From NCBI RefSeq assembly GCF_009914755.1, contig NC_060933.1: a DNA stretch of 64,000 bases; one strand, written 5' to 3'. The position numbers were made by a program, and so were the translations under genes. Shown here piece after piece: positions 42,060-55,539 of this stretch. The notes under the pieces were generated by a model. That model saw only the letters and a program-made list of their open reading frames with translations. It made no database searches and was not told the origin of the DNA. This DNA is from the human T2T-CHM13v2.0 reference genome, Homo sapiens. The number at the start of each line of letters is the position of its first letter. Within the stretch, counting starts at the first letter, position 1.

Positions 42060-45000
42060 TCCTTTCCATTCCATTCCACTCGGGTTGATTCCATTCTATT
42101 AGTTTCCATTCCATTCCATTCTCTTCCATTCCACTCTGGGTGATTCCATTCCTTTCCATTCCACTCGAATACATTCCCTCCTATTCTACTCGGAACGATT
42201 CCATTCCATTCAATTCCATTCCATTCCATTCCATTCCATTTCATTCCATTCCATTCTGTTCCGTATCATTCTATTCCATTCCATTCCATTCCCTTCCATT
42301 CCATTCCATTACATTCCACTCGTGTTGATTCCATTCCTTTCCATTCCATTCGGTTTGAAGGCATTCCATTCCATTCCATTCCATTCCATTCCATTCCATT
42401 GTACTCGGGTTGATTCCATTCCATTGCATTCCATTCCATTCCAATCCGTTGCATTCCATTCCATTACATTCGGATTGATTCTATTCAACTCCCTTACTCT
42501 CCATTACATTCCATTCCATTCTGGTTGTTCCATTCCATTCCATTCCATTCCACTCCATTCCATTGCACTCGGGTTGATTCCATTCCATTCCATTCCATTC
42601 CATTCCATTCCGGATGATTCCGTTCCATTGCATTCCGTTCCATTACATTCCCCTGCACTCGCGTTGATTCCATTCCATTCCATTCCATTCCATTCCATTC
42701 AATTCCATTCCATTACAATTCGTTCCATTCCATTCTATTCCGTAGCATTCCATTCCATTCCATACCATTCCATTCCATTCCATTCCATTCCATTCCATTC
42801 CGTTCCGTTCCATTCCGTTCCATTCCATTCCATTCCATTCTATTCGGGTTAATTCCATTCCATTCCATTCCAATCTATTCCATTCCATTGCAATCGGGTT
42901 GAATCCATTGCATTTCAATCCATTCCATTCCATTCCATTCCATTCCATTGCAATCGAGTTGAATCCATTGCATTTCATTCCATTCCATTCCATTCCATTC
43001 CATTCCGGAAGATTCCATTCCACTGCATTCCATTCCATTCCATTCCCCTGCACTCGCGTTGATTCCATTCCATTCCATTCCATTCCATTCCGTTCCGTTC
43101 CGTTCCATTTCATTCCATTCCTTTCCATTCCATTCAGTTCCGTTCCATTCCATTCCATTCCATTCTATTCGGGTTAATTCCATTCCATTCCATTCGAATG
43201 CAATCGAGATGTTTCCATTCCATTCCATTCCATTCCGTTCCGGATGATTCCATTCTATTGCATTCCATTCCATTCCATTCCCCTGCAGTCGGGTTGATTC
43301 CATTCCATTCCATTCCATTCCATTCCATTCCATTCCATTCCATTCCATTCCGTTCCATTCCATTCCATTCCATTCTATTCGGGTTAATTCCATTCCATTC
43401 CTTTCCATTCCATTCCATTCCATTCCAATCGAGTTGATTCCATTCCATTCCATTCCATTCCATTCCACTCCATTCCAGTCCTTTCCATTCCATTCCACTC
43501 GGGTTGATTCCATTCTATTCCTTTCCATTCCATTCCATTCCATTGCAATCGAGTTGATTCCATTGCTTTGCATTCTATTCCATTCCATTCCATTCCGGAT
43601 GATTCCATTCCATTGCATTCCATTCCATTCCATTCCCCTGCACTCGGGTTGATTCCATTCCATTCCACTGCATTCCGTTCCATTCTAGTCCATTCCATTG
43701 TATTCGGGTTAATTCCATTCCATTCCATTCCATTCCATTCCATTCCATTCCATTCCATTACAATGTAGTTGATTCCATTCCATTCCATTCCATTGCATTC
43801 CATTCCATTCCAGTCCTTTCCATTCCATTCCACTCGGGTTGATTCCATTCTATTAGTTTCCATTCCATTCCATTCCCTTCCATTCCAATCTGGTTGATTC
43901 CATTCCTTTCCATTCCACTCGAATACATTCCCTCCTATTCCACTCAGAACGATTCCATTCCATTCCATTCCATTCCATTCCATTCCATTCCATTCCATTC
44001 CAATTCGTTCCATTCCATTCTAATCCGTACCATTCTATTCCATTCCATTCCTTTCCATTCCATTCCATTCCACTCGTGGTGATTCCATTCCTTTCCATTC
44101 CATTCGGTTTGAAGGCATTCCATTCCATTCCATTCCATTCCATTCCATTCCATTCCATTCCATTCCATTGTACTCGAGTTGATTCCATTCCATTGCATTC
44201 AATTCCATTCCATTCCATTCCATTGTACTCGAGTTGATTCCATTCCATTGCATTCCATTCCATTCCATTCCATTCCATTCCGTTGCATTCTATTCCATTA
44301 CATACGGATTGATTCTATTCAACTCCCTTACTCTCCATTACATTCCATTCCATTCGGGTTGTTCCATTCCATTCCATTCCATTCCACTCCATTCCATTGC
44401 ACTCGGGTTGATTCCATTCCATTCCATTCCATTCCATTCCATTCCGGATGATTCCATTCCATTGCATTCCGTTCCATTACATTCCCCTGCACTCGCGTTG
44501 ATTCCATTCCATTCCATTCCATTCCATTCAATGCCATTCCATTGCAATTCGTTCCATTCCATTCTATTCCGTACCATTCCATTCCATTCCATACCATTCC
44601 ATTCCATTCCATTCCATTCCGTTCCATTGTGTTCCTTTCCATTCCATTCCATTCTATTCGGATTAATTCCATTCCATTCCATTCCATTCCATTCTATTCC
44701 ATTCCATTGCAATCGAGTTGAATCCATTGCATTTCATTCCATTCCATTCCATTCCATTCCATTCCATTCCGGAAGATTCCATTCCATTGCATTCCATTCC
44801 ATTCCATTCCCCTGCACTCGCGTTGATTCCATTCCATTCCATTCCATTCCATTCCATTCCGTTCCGTTCAATTCCATTCCATTCCATTCCATTCCATTCC
44901 ATTCCATTCCCTTCCGTTCCGTTCCATTCCATTCCATTCCATTCTATTCGGGTTAATTCCTTTCCATTCCATTCGATTGCAATCGAGTTGATTCCATTCC

Positions 45001-48000
45001 ATTCCATTCCATTCCTTTCCATTCCATTACGGATGATTCCATTCCATTGCATTCCATTCCATTCCATTTCCCTGTACTCGGGTTGATTCCATTCCATTCC
45101 ATTCCAATCCATACTATTCCACTCGTGTTGATTCCATTCTTTCCATTCCATTCAAGTTGAATCCATTCCATTGCATTCCATTCCATTTGATTCCATTCGA
45201 TTGCACTCGGGTTGATTCCATTACAATGCATTCCATTCCATTCCATTCCATTCCATTCCATTCCATTCCATTCCGTTCCATTCCATTCCATTACATTCGG
45301 ATTGATTCTATTCAATTCCCTTACACTCCATTACATTCCATTCCATTCGGGTAGTTTCCATTCCATTCCATCCATTCCTCTCCATTCCATTGCACTCGGG
45401 TTGATTCCATTCCATTGCATTCCATTCCATTCCATTCCATTCAATTCCGTTCCATTCCATTCCATTACATTCGGATTGATTCTATTCAACTCCCTTACTC
45501 TCCATTACATTCCATTCCATTCGGGTTGTTCCATTCCATTCCATTCCATTCCACTCCATTCCACTGCACTCGGGTTGATTCCATTCCATTCCATTCCATT
45601 CCATTCCATTCCATTCCGGAAGATTCCATTCCATTGCATTCCATTCCATTCCATTCCCCTCCACTCGCGTTGATTCCATTCCATTCCATTCTATTCCATT
45701 CCATTCCCTTCCTTTCCGTTCCATTCCATTCCATTCCATTCCATTCCGTTCCGTTCCGTTCCATTCCATTCCATTCCATTCTATTTGGGTTAATTCCATT
45801 CCATTCCATTCGATTGCAATCGAGTTGATTCTATTCCATTCCATTCCATTCCATTCCATTCCATTCCATTCCATTCCGGAAGATTCCATTCCATTGCATT
45901 CCATTCCATTCCATTCCCCTGTACTCGGGTTGACTCCATTCCATTCCATTCCAATCCATGCCATTCCATTCGTGTTGATTCCATTCTTTCCATTCCATTC
46001 AAGTTGAATCCATTCCATTGCATTCTATTCCATTCCATTCCCCTGCAGTCTGGTTGATTCCATTCCATTCCATTCCATTCCATTCCATTCCAGTCCTTTC
46101 CATTCCATTCCACTCGGGTTGATTCCATTCTATTAGTTTCCATTCCATTCCATTCTCTTCCATTCCACTCTGGGTGATTCCATTCCTTTCCATTCCACTC
46201 GAATACATTCCCTCCTATTCTACTCGGAACGATTCCATTCCATTCCATTCCATTCCATTCCATTCCATTCCATTTCGTTCCATTCCATTCTGTTCCGTAT
46301 CATTCCATTCCATTCCATTCCATTCCATTCCCTTCCATTCCATTCCATTACATTCCACTCGTGTTGATTCCATTCCTTTCCATTCCATTCGTTTTGAAGG
46401 CATTCCATTCCATTCCATTCCATTCCATTCCATTCCATTCCATTGTACTCGGGTTGATTCCATTCCATTGCATTCCATTCCATTCCAATCCGTTGCATTC
46501 CATTCCATTACATTCGGATTGATTCTATTCAACTCCCTTACTCTCCATTACATTCCGTTCCATTCTGGTTGTTCCATTCCATTCCATTCCATTCCACTCC
46601 ATTCCATTGCACTCGGGTTGATTCCATTCCTTTCCATTCCATTCCATTCCATTCCGGATGATTCCGTTCCATTGCATTCCGTTCCATTACATTCCCCTGC
46701 ACTCGCGTTGATTCCATTCCATTCCATTCCATTCCATTCCATTCAATTCCATTCCATTACAATTCGTTCCATTCCATTCTATTCCGTAGCATTCCATTCC
46801 ATTCCATACCATTCCATTCCATTCCATTCCATTCCGTTCCGTTCCATTCCGTTCCATTCCATTCCATTCCATTCCCTTCTATTCGGGTTAATTCCATTCC
46901 ATTCCATTCCTATCTATTCCATTCCATTGCAATCGGGTTGAATCCATTGCATTTCAATCCATTCCATTCCATTCCATTCCATTCCATTGCAATCGAGTTG
47001 AATCCATTGCATTTCATTCCATTCCATTCCATTCCATTCCATTCCGGAAGATTCCATTCCATTGCATTCCATTCCATTCCATTCCCCTGCACTCGCGTTG
47101 ATTCCATTCCATTCCATTCCATTCCATTCCGTTCCGTTCCGTTCCATTTCATTCCATTCCTTTCCATTCCATTCAGTTCCATTCCATTCCATTCCATTCC
47201 ATTCTATTCGGGTTAATTCCATTCCATTCTATTCGAATGCAATCGAGTTGATTCCATTCCATTCCATTCCATTCCGTTCCGGATGATTCCATTCTATTGC
47301 ATTCCATTCCATTCCATTCCCCTGCAGTCGGGTTGATTCCATTCCATTCCATTCCATTCCATTCCATTCCATTCCATTCCATTCCGTTCCATTCCATTCC
47401 ATTCCATTCTATTCGGGTTAATTCCATTCCATTCCTTTCCATTCCATTCCATTCCATTCCAATCGAGTTGATTCCATTCCATTCCATTCCATTCCATTCC
47501 ACTCCATTCCAGTCCTTTCCATTCCATTCCACTCGGGTTGATTCCATTCTATTCCTTTCCATTCCATTCCATTCCATTGCAATCGAGTTGATTCCATTGC
47601 TTTGCATTCTATTCCATTCCATTCCATTCCGGATGATTCCATTCCATTGCATTCCATTCCATTCCATTCCCCTGCACTCGGGTTGATTCCATTCCATTCC
47701 ACTCCATTCCGTTCCATTCTAGTCCATTCCATTGTATTCGGGTTAATTCCATTCCATTCCATTCCATTCCATTCCATTCCATTACAATGTAGTTGATTCC
47801 ATTCCATTCCATTCCATTCCATTCCATTCCAGTCCTTTCCATTCCGTTCCACTCGGGTTGATTCCATTCTATTAGTTTCCATTCCATTCCATTCCCTTCC
47901 ATTCCAATCTGGTTGATTCCATTCCTTTCCATTCCACTCGAATACATTCCCTCCTGTTCCACTCAGAACGATTCCATTCCATTCCATTCCATTCCATTCC

Positions 48001-48620
48001 ATTCCATTCCATTCCAGTTCGTTCCATTCCATTCTATTCCGTAGCATTCTATTCCATTCCATTCCTTTCCATTCCATTCCATTCCACTCGTGGTGATTCC
48101 ATTCCTTTCCATTCCATTCGGTTTGAAGGCATTCCATTCCATTCCATTCCATTCCATTCCATTCCATTCCATTCCACTCGTGTTGATTCCATTCCTTTCC
48201 ATTCCATTCGGTTTGAAGGCATTCCATTCCATTCCATTCCATTCCATTGTACTCGGGTTGATTCCATTCCATTGCATTCCATCCCATTCCATTCCGTTCC
48301 AATCCGTTGCATTCCATTCCATTACATTCGGATTGATTCTATTCAACTCCCTTACTCTCCATTACATTCCATTCCATTCGGGTTGTTCCATTCCATTCCA
48401 TTCCATTCCACTCCATTCCATGGCACTCGGGTTGATTCCATTCCTTTCCATTCCATTCCATTCCATTCCGGATGATTCCATTCCATTGCATTCCGTTCCA
48501 TTATTTTCCCCTGCACTCGCGTTGATTCCATTCCATTCCATTCCATTCCATTCCATTCCATTCAATTCCATTCCATTACAATTCGTTCCATTCCATTCTA
48601 TTCCGTACCATTCCATTCCA
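42060..48620 (-). repeat. Direct duplication, ~42060-44600 vs ~46090-48620 (offset ~4.03 kb)
   Basis: Seen: shared rare variants ACTCTGGGTGATT, CCGTAGCATT, CTAGTCCATT (~43685/47719), ACAATGTAGTTG (~43760/47784) and ACTCAGAACG (~43942/47961). ORF pairs are offset 4034-4044. Confidence 0.85.
47041..47055. promoter_or_regulatory. Perfect three-unit heat shock element (representative of ~14 right-arm copies)
   Basis: Seen: ATTCCGGAAGATTCC matches nTTCnnGAAnnTTCn. Binding here is not shown. Confidence 0.55.
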
Positions 48621-49843
48621 TTCCATACCATTCAATTCTTTCCATTCCATTCCATTCCATTCCATTCCATTCCATTTCGTTCCATTCCGTTCCATTCCAA
48701 TCCATTCCATTCTATTCGGGTTAATTCCATTCCATTCCATTCCATTCCATTCCATTCCATTCCATTCCAATCTATTCCATTCCATTGCAATCGAGTTGAA
48801 TCCATTGCATTTCATTCCATTCCATTCCATTCCATTCCATTGCAATCGAGTTGAATCCATTGCATTTCATTCCATTCCATTCCATTCCATTCCATTCCGG
48901 AAGATTCCATTCCATTGCATTCCATTCCATTCCATTCCCCTGCACTCGAGTTGATTCCATTCCATTCCATTCCATTCCATTCCATTCCGTTCCGTTCCGT
49001 TCCGTTCCATTTCATTCCATTCCATTCCATTCCATTCCGTTCCGTTCCATTCCATTCCATTCCATTCCATTCCATTCCATTTCCTTCCATTCCATTCCAT
49101 TCCATTCCATTCCATTCCATACCATTCCATTCCATTCCATTTCCTTCCATTCCATTCCATTCCATTCCATTCCATTCCATTCCATTCCATTCTATTAGGG
49201 TTAATTCCATTCCATTCCATTCCATTCCATTCCATTCCATGCCATTCCACTCGGGTTGATTCCATTCCTTTCCATTCCATTCGAGTTGAATCCATTCCAT
49301 TCCATTCTATTCCATTCCATTCCTTTCCATTCCATTCAATTCCATTCTATTCCGGTTAATTCCATTCCATTCCATTCCATTCCATTCCATTCCATTTCAT
49401 TGCAATCGAGTTGATTCCATTGCATTCCATTCCATTCCATTCCAGTCCTTTCCATTCCATTCCACTCGGGTTGATTCCATTCTATTCCTTTCCATTCCAT
49501 TCGATTGCATTCCATTCCACTCGATTCCATTCCATCCCACTATGGTTGATTCCATTCCTTTTCATTCCACTCGAAAACATTCCCTTCTATTCCACTCGGA
49601 ATGATTCCATTCCATTCCATTCCATTCCATTCCATTTCGTTCCATTACATTCTATTCTGTACCATTCCACTCCATTCCCTTCCATTCCATTCCATTCCAT
49701 TGCACTCGGGTTGATTCCATTCCATTCCATTGCGTTCCATTCCGGATGACTCCATTCCATTGCATTCCATTCCATTCCATTCCCCTGCACTCGGTTTCAT
49801 TACATTCCATTCCATTCACTTCCATTCCATTCCATTCTATTCC

Positions 49844-50062
49844 ATTCCATTCCATTCCATTCCATTCCATTCCATTCCATTCCATTCCATTTCAATCGAG
49901 TTGATTCCATTCCATTCCATTCCATTCCATTCCATTCCATTCCATTCCATTTCAATCGAGTTGATTCCATTCCATTCCATTCCATTCCATTCCATTCCAT
50001 TCCATTCCATTTCAATCGAGTTGATTCCATTCCATTCCATTCCATTCCATTCCATTCCATTC
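49844..50062 (-). repeat. Three identical tandem copies of a 60-bp unit
   Basis: Seen: the 60-mers starting at 49861, 49921 and 49981 are identical, with TTCAATCGAGTTGA at 49891, 49951 and 50011. Confidence 0.92.
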
Positions 50063-50269
50063 AATTCCGAATGGTGTCATTCCATTGCCTTCCATTCCAT
50101 TCCATTCCCCTGCACTCGGGTTGATTCCATTCCATTCCATTCCATTCCATTCCATTCCATTCCATTCCATTCCATTTCGTTCCATTCCATTCTATTCCGT
50201 ACCATTCCATTCCATTCCGTTCCATTCCATTCCATTCCATTCCATTCCATTTCCTTCCATTTCTTTCCA

Positions 50270-53200
50270 TTCCATTCCATTCCATTCCATTCCATTCCAT
50301 TCTATTAGGGTTAATTCCATTCCATTCCATTCCATTCCATTCCATGCCATTCCACTCGGGTTGATTCCATTCCTTTCCATTCCATTCGAGTTGAATCCAT
50401 TCCATTCCATTCCATTCCATTCCATTCCATTGCACACGGGTTCATTTCATTCCATTCCATTCCATTCCATTTCGTTCCATTCCATTCTATTCCATACCAT
50501 TCCATTCCATTCCATTCCATTAGACTCCATTCCATGCCATTCCACTCGGTTTTATTCCATTCGTTTCCATTCCATTCGGGTTGAATCCATTGCATTCCAT
50601 TCCATTCGATTCCATTACATTGCACTCGTGTTGTTTCCATTCCATTCCATTCCATTCCATTCCATTCCATTCCATTCCATGCCATTCCACTCGGGTTGAT
50701 TTCATTCCATTCCGTTCCATTCGAGTCGAACCCATTCCATTCCATTCCATTCCATTCCATTCCATTCCAATCCATTGCACACGGGTTCATTCCATTCCAT
50801 TCCATTCCATTCCATTCCATTTCGTTCCATTCCATTCTATTCGGTACCATTCCATTCCATTCCATTCGGTACCATTCCATTCCATTCCATTCCAATCCAT
50901 TCCATTCCATGCCATTCCACTTGGGTTGATTCCCTTAATTTCCATTCCATTCGGGTTGAATCCATTCCATTCCATTCCATTCCATTCCATTCCATTCCTT
51001 TAAATTCCATTGCACACGGGTTGGTTCCATTCCATTCCTTTCCGTTCCATTCCGGATGACTCCAGTCCATTGCATTCCATTCCATTCCATTCCCCTGCAC
51101 TCGGGTTCACTACCTTCCGTTCCATTTACTTCCATTCCATTCCATTCCATTCTATTCGGGTTAATTCCATTCCATTCCATTCCATTCCATTCCATTCCAT
51201 TACATTCCATTCCATTCCATTCCATTCCATTGCAATCGAGTTGATTCCATTCCATTCCATTCAATTCCGGATGATTCCATTCCATTGCCTTCAATTCCAT
51301 TCCATTCCCCTGCACTCGGGTTGATTCCATTCCATTCCATTCCATTCCACTCCATTCCATTCCATTTCATTCCATTCCATTTCGTTCCTTTCCATTCTAT
51401 TCCGTACCATTCCATTCCATTCCATTCCATTCCATTCCATTCCATGCCATTCCACTCGGGTTGATTCCATTCCTTTCCATTCCATTCGAGTTGAATCCAT
51501 TCCAATCCATTCCATTCCATTCGATTCCATTCCATTGCACACGGGTTCATTCCATTCCATTCCATTCCATTCCATTCCATTCCATTCCATTCCATTCCAT
51601 TCCATTTCGTTCCATTCCATTATATTCCGTACCATTCCATTCCATTCCATTCCATTCCATTCCACTCCACTCCATGCCATTCCACTCGGGTTTATTCCAT
51701 TCCTTTCCATTCCATTCGGGTTGAATCCATTCCATTCCATTCCATTCCATTCGATTCCATTACATTGCACTCGGAATGATTCCATTCCATTCCATTCAAT
51801 TCCATTCCACTCCATTCCATGGCATTCCACGCTGGTTTATTCCATTCCTTTCCATTCCATTCGTGTTGAATCCATTCCATTCCATTCCATTCCATTCGAT
51901 TCCATTACACTGCACTCGGGTTGATTCCATTCCATTCCATTCCATTCCATTTCATTCCATTCCATTCCATTCTATTCCATTACACTGCACTCGGGTTGAT
52001 TCCATTCCATTCCATTCCATTCCATTTCATTCCATTCCATTCCATTCCATTCCATTCCATGCCATTCCACTCGTGTTGATTCCATTCCTTTGCATTCCAT
52101 TCGTGTTGAACCCATTCCATTCCATTCCATTCCATTGCACGCGGGTTCATTCCATTCCATTCCATTCCATTCCATTCCATTCCGTTCCATTCCATTCCAT
52201 TCCATTCCACTCCATTCCATTTCGTTCCATTCCATTCTATTCTGTACCATTCCATTCCATTCCATTCCACTCCATTCCATGCCATTCCACTCGGGTTTAT
52301 TCCATTCCTTTTCATTCCCTTTGGGTTGAATCCATTCCATTCCATTCCATTCCTTTCGATTCCATTATATTGCACACGGGTTGATTCCATTCCATTCCAT
52401 TCCGTTCCATTCAGGATGACTCCATTCCATTGCATTCCATTCCATTCCATTCCCCTGCACTCGGGTTCATTACATTCCATTCCATTCCCATCCACTCCAT
52501 TCCATTCCATTCCATTCCATTTCAATCGAGTTGATTCCATTCCATTCCATTCCATTCCATTCCATTCAATTCCGGATGATTCCATTCCATTGCCTTCCAT
52601 TCCACTCCATTCCCCTGCACTCGGGTTGATTCCATTCCATTCCATTCCATTCCATTCCATTCCATTCCATTCCATTTCGTTCCATTCCATTCTATTCCGT
52701 ACCATTCCATTCCATTCCATTCCATTCCATTCCATTCCATTCCATTCCATTTCCTTCCATTCCATTCCATTCCATTCCATTCCATTCCATTCCATTCCAT
52801 TCTATTAGGGTTAATTCCATTCCATTCCATTCCATTCCATTCCATGCCATTCCACTCGGGTTGATTCCATTCCTTTCCATTCCATTCGAGTTGAATCCAT
52901 TCCATTCCATTCCATTCCATTCCATTCCATTCCATTGCACACGGGTTCATTTCATTGCATTCCATTCCATTCCATTTCGTTCCATTCCATTCTATTCCAT
53001 ACCATTCCATTCCATTCCATTCCATTAGACTCCATTCCATGCCATTCCACTCGGTTTTATTCCATTCGTTTCCATTCCATTCGGGTTGAATCCATTGCAT
53101 TCCATTCCATTCGATTCCATTACATTGCACTCGTGTTGTTTCCATTCCATTCCATTCCATTCCATTCCATTCCATTCCATGCCATTCCACTCGTGTTGAT

Positions 53201-55100
53201 TTCATTCCATTCCATTCCATTCGAGTCGAACCCATTCCATTCCATTCCATTCCATTCCATTCCATTCCAATCCATTGCACACGGGTTCATTACATTCCAT
53301 TCGATTCCATTCCATTCCATTCCATTTCGTTCCATTCCATTCTATTCGGTACCATTCCATTCCATTCCATTCGGTACCATTCCATTCCATTCCATTCCAA
53401 TCCATTCCATTCCATGCCATTCCACTTGGGTTGATTCCCTTCCTTTCCATTCCATTCGTATTGAATCCATTCCATTCCATTCCATTCCATTCCATTCCAT
53501 TCCATTCCATTCCTTTCAATTCCATTGCACACGGGTTGGTTCCATTCCATTCCTTTCCGTTCCATTGCGGATGACTCCATTCCATTGCATTCCATTCCAT
53601 TCCATTCCCCTGCACTCGGGTTCATTACCTTCCGTTCCATTTACTTCCATTCCATTCCATTCCATTCTATTCGGGTTAATTCCATTCCATTCCATTCCAT
53701 TCCATTCCATTCCATTCCATTCCATTCCATTCCATTGCAATCGAGTTGATTCCATTCCATTCCATTCAATTCCGGATGATTCCATTCCATTGCCTTCAAT
53801 TCCATTCCATTCCCCTGCACTCGGGTTGATTCCATTCCATTCCATTCCATTCCACTCCATTCCATTCCATTTCATTCCATTCCATTTCGTTCCTTTCCAT
53901 TCTATTCCGTACCATTCCATTCCATTCCATTCCATTCCATTCCATTCCATGCCATTCCACTCGGGTTGATTCCATTCCTTTCCATTCCATTCGAGTTGAA
54001 TCCATTCCAATCCATTCCATTCCATTCGATTCCATTCCATTGCACACGGGTTCATTCCATTCCATTCCATTCCTTTCCATTCCATTCCATTCCATTTCGT
54101 TCCATTCCATTATATTCCATACCATTCCATTCCGTTCCATTCCATTCCATTCCACTCCACTCCATACCATTCCACTCGGGTTTATTCCATTCCTTTCCAT
54201 TCCATTCGGGTTGAATCCATTCCATTCCATTCCATTCCATTCGATTCCATTACATTGCACTCGGGTTGATTCCATTCCATTCCATTCCATTCCATTCCAC
54301 TCCATTCCATGCCATTCCACGCGGGTTTATTCCATTCCTTTCCATTCCATTCGTGTTGAATCCATTCCATTCCATTCCATTCCATTCGATTCCATTACAC
54401 TGCACTCGGGTTGATTCCATTCCATTCCATTCCATTCCATTTCATTCCATTCCATTCCATTCCATTCCATTCCATTCCATGCCATTCCACTCGTGTTGAT
54501 TCCATTCCTTTGCATTCCATTCGTGTTGAACCCATTCCATTCCATTCCATTCCATTGCACACGGGTTCATTCCATTCCATTCCATTCCATTCCATTCCAT
54601 TCCATTCCATTCCGTTCCATTCCATTCCATTCCATTCCATTCCATTCCATTTCGTTCCATTCCATTCTATTCTGTACCATTCCATTCCATTCCATTCCAC
54701 TCCATTCCATGCCATTCCACTCGGGTTTATTCCATTCCTTTTCATTCCATTTGGGTTGAATCCATTCCATTCCATTCCATTCCTTTCGATTCCATTATAT
54801 TGCACACGGGTTGATTCCATTCCATTCCATTCCATTCCATTCAGGATGACTCCATTCCATTGCATTCCATTCCATTCCATTCCCCTGCACTCGGGTTCAT
54901 TACATTCCATTCCATTCCCATCCACTCCATTCCATTCCATTCCATTCCATTTCAATCGAGTTGATTCCATTCCATTCCATTCCATTCCATTCAATTCCGG
55001 ATGATTCCATTCCATTGACTTCCATTCCACTCCATTCCCCTGCACTCGGGTTGATTCCATTCCATTCCATTCCATTCCATTCCATTCCATTCCATTCCAT
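50270..55100 (-). repeat. Tandem duplication of a ~2.5 kb unit
   Basis: Seen: TCTATTAGGGTTAAT at 50301/52801, TAGACTCC at 50521/53026, TCAGGATGACTCC at 52411/54841, TTCCCATCCACTCC at ~52485/54915. Confidence 0.85.
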
Positions 55101-55539
55101 TCCATTCCATTACGTTCCATTCCACTCTATTCCGTACCATTCCATTCCATTCCTTTCCATTCCAATCCATGCTATTCCACTCGGGTTGATTCCATTCCTT
55201 TCCATTCCATTCGAGTTGAATCCATTCCATTCCATTCCATTCCATTCGATTCCATTCCATTGCACACGGGTTCATTCCATTCCATTCCATTCCATTCCAT
55301 TCCATTCCATTCCATTCCATTTAGTTCCATTCCATTCTATTCCATACCATTCCATTCCATTCCATTCCATTCCACTCCATTCCATGCTATTCCTCTCGGG
55401 TTTATTCCATTCCTTTCCATTCCATTCGGATTGAATCCATTCCTTTCCATTCAATTCCATTCCACTCGATTCCATTACATTGCACTCGTGTTGTTTCCAT
55501 TCCATTCCATTCCATTCCATTTCATTCCATTCCATTCCA

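Larger units (their letters stand above)
29716..49190 (-). repeat. HSat3 sub-domain, A-type modules, inverted
   Basis: Seen: reverse complements of A markers (TTCAACTCCCTTACTCTC, TTCGGGTAGTTT, CCGGAAGAT, TTCAAGTTGAA) recur to ~48.9 kb. Confidence 0.75.
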
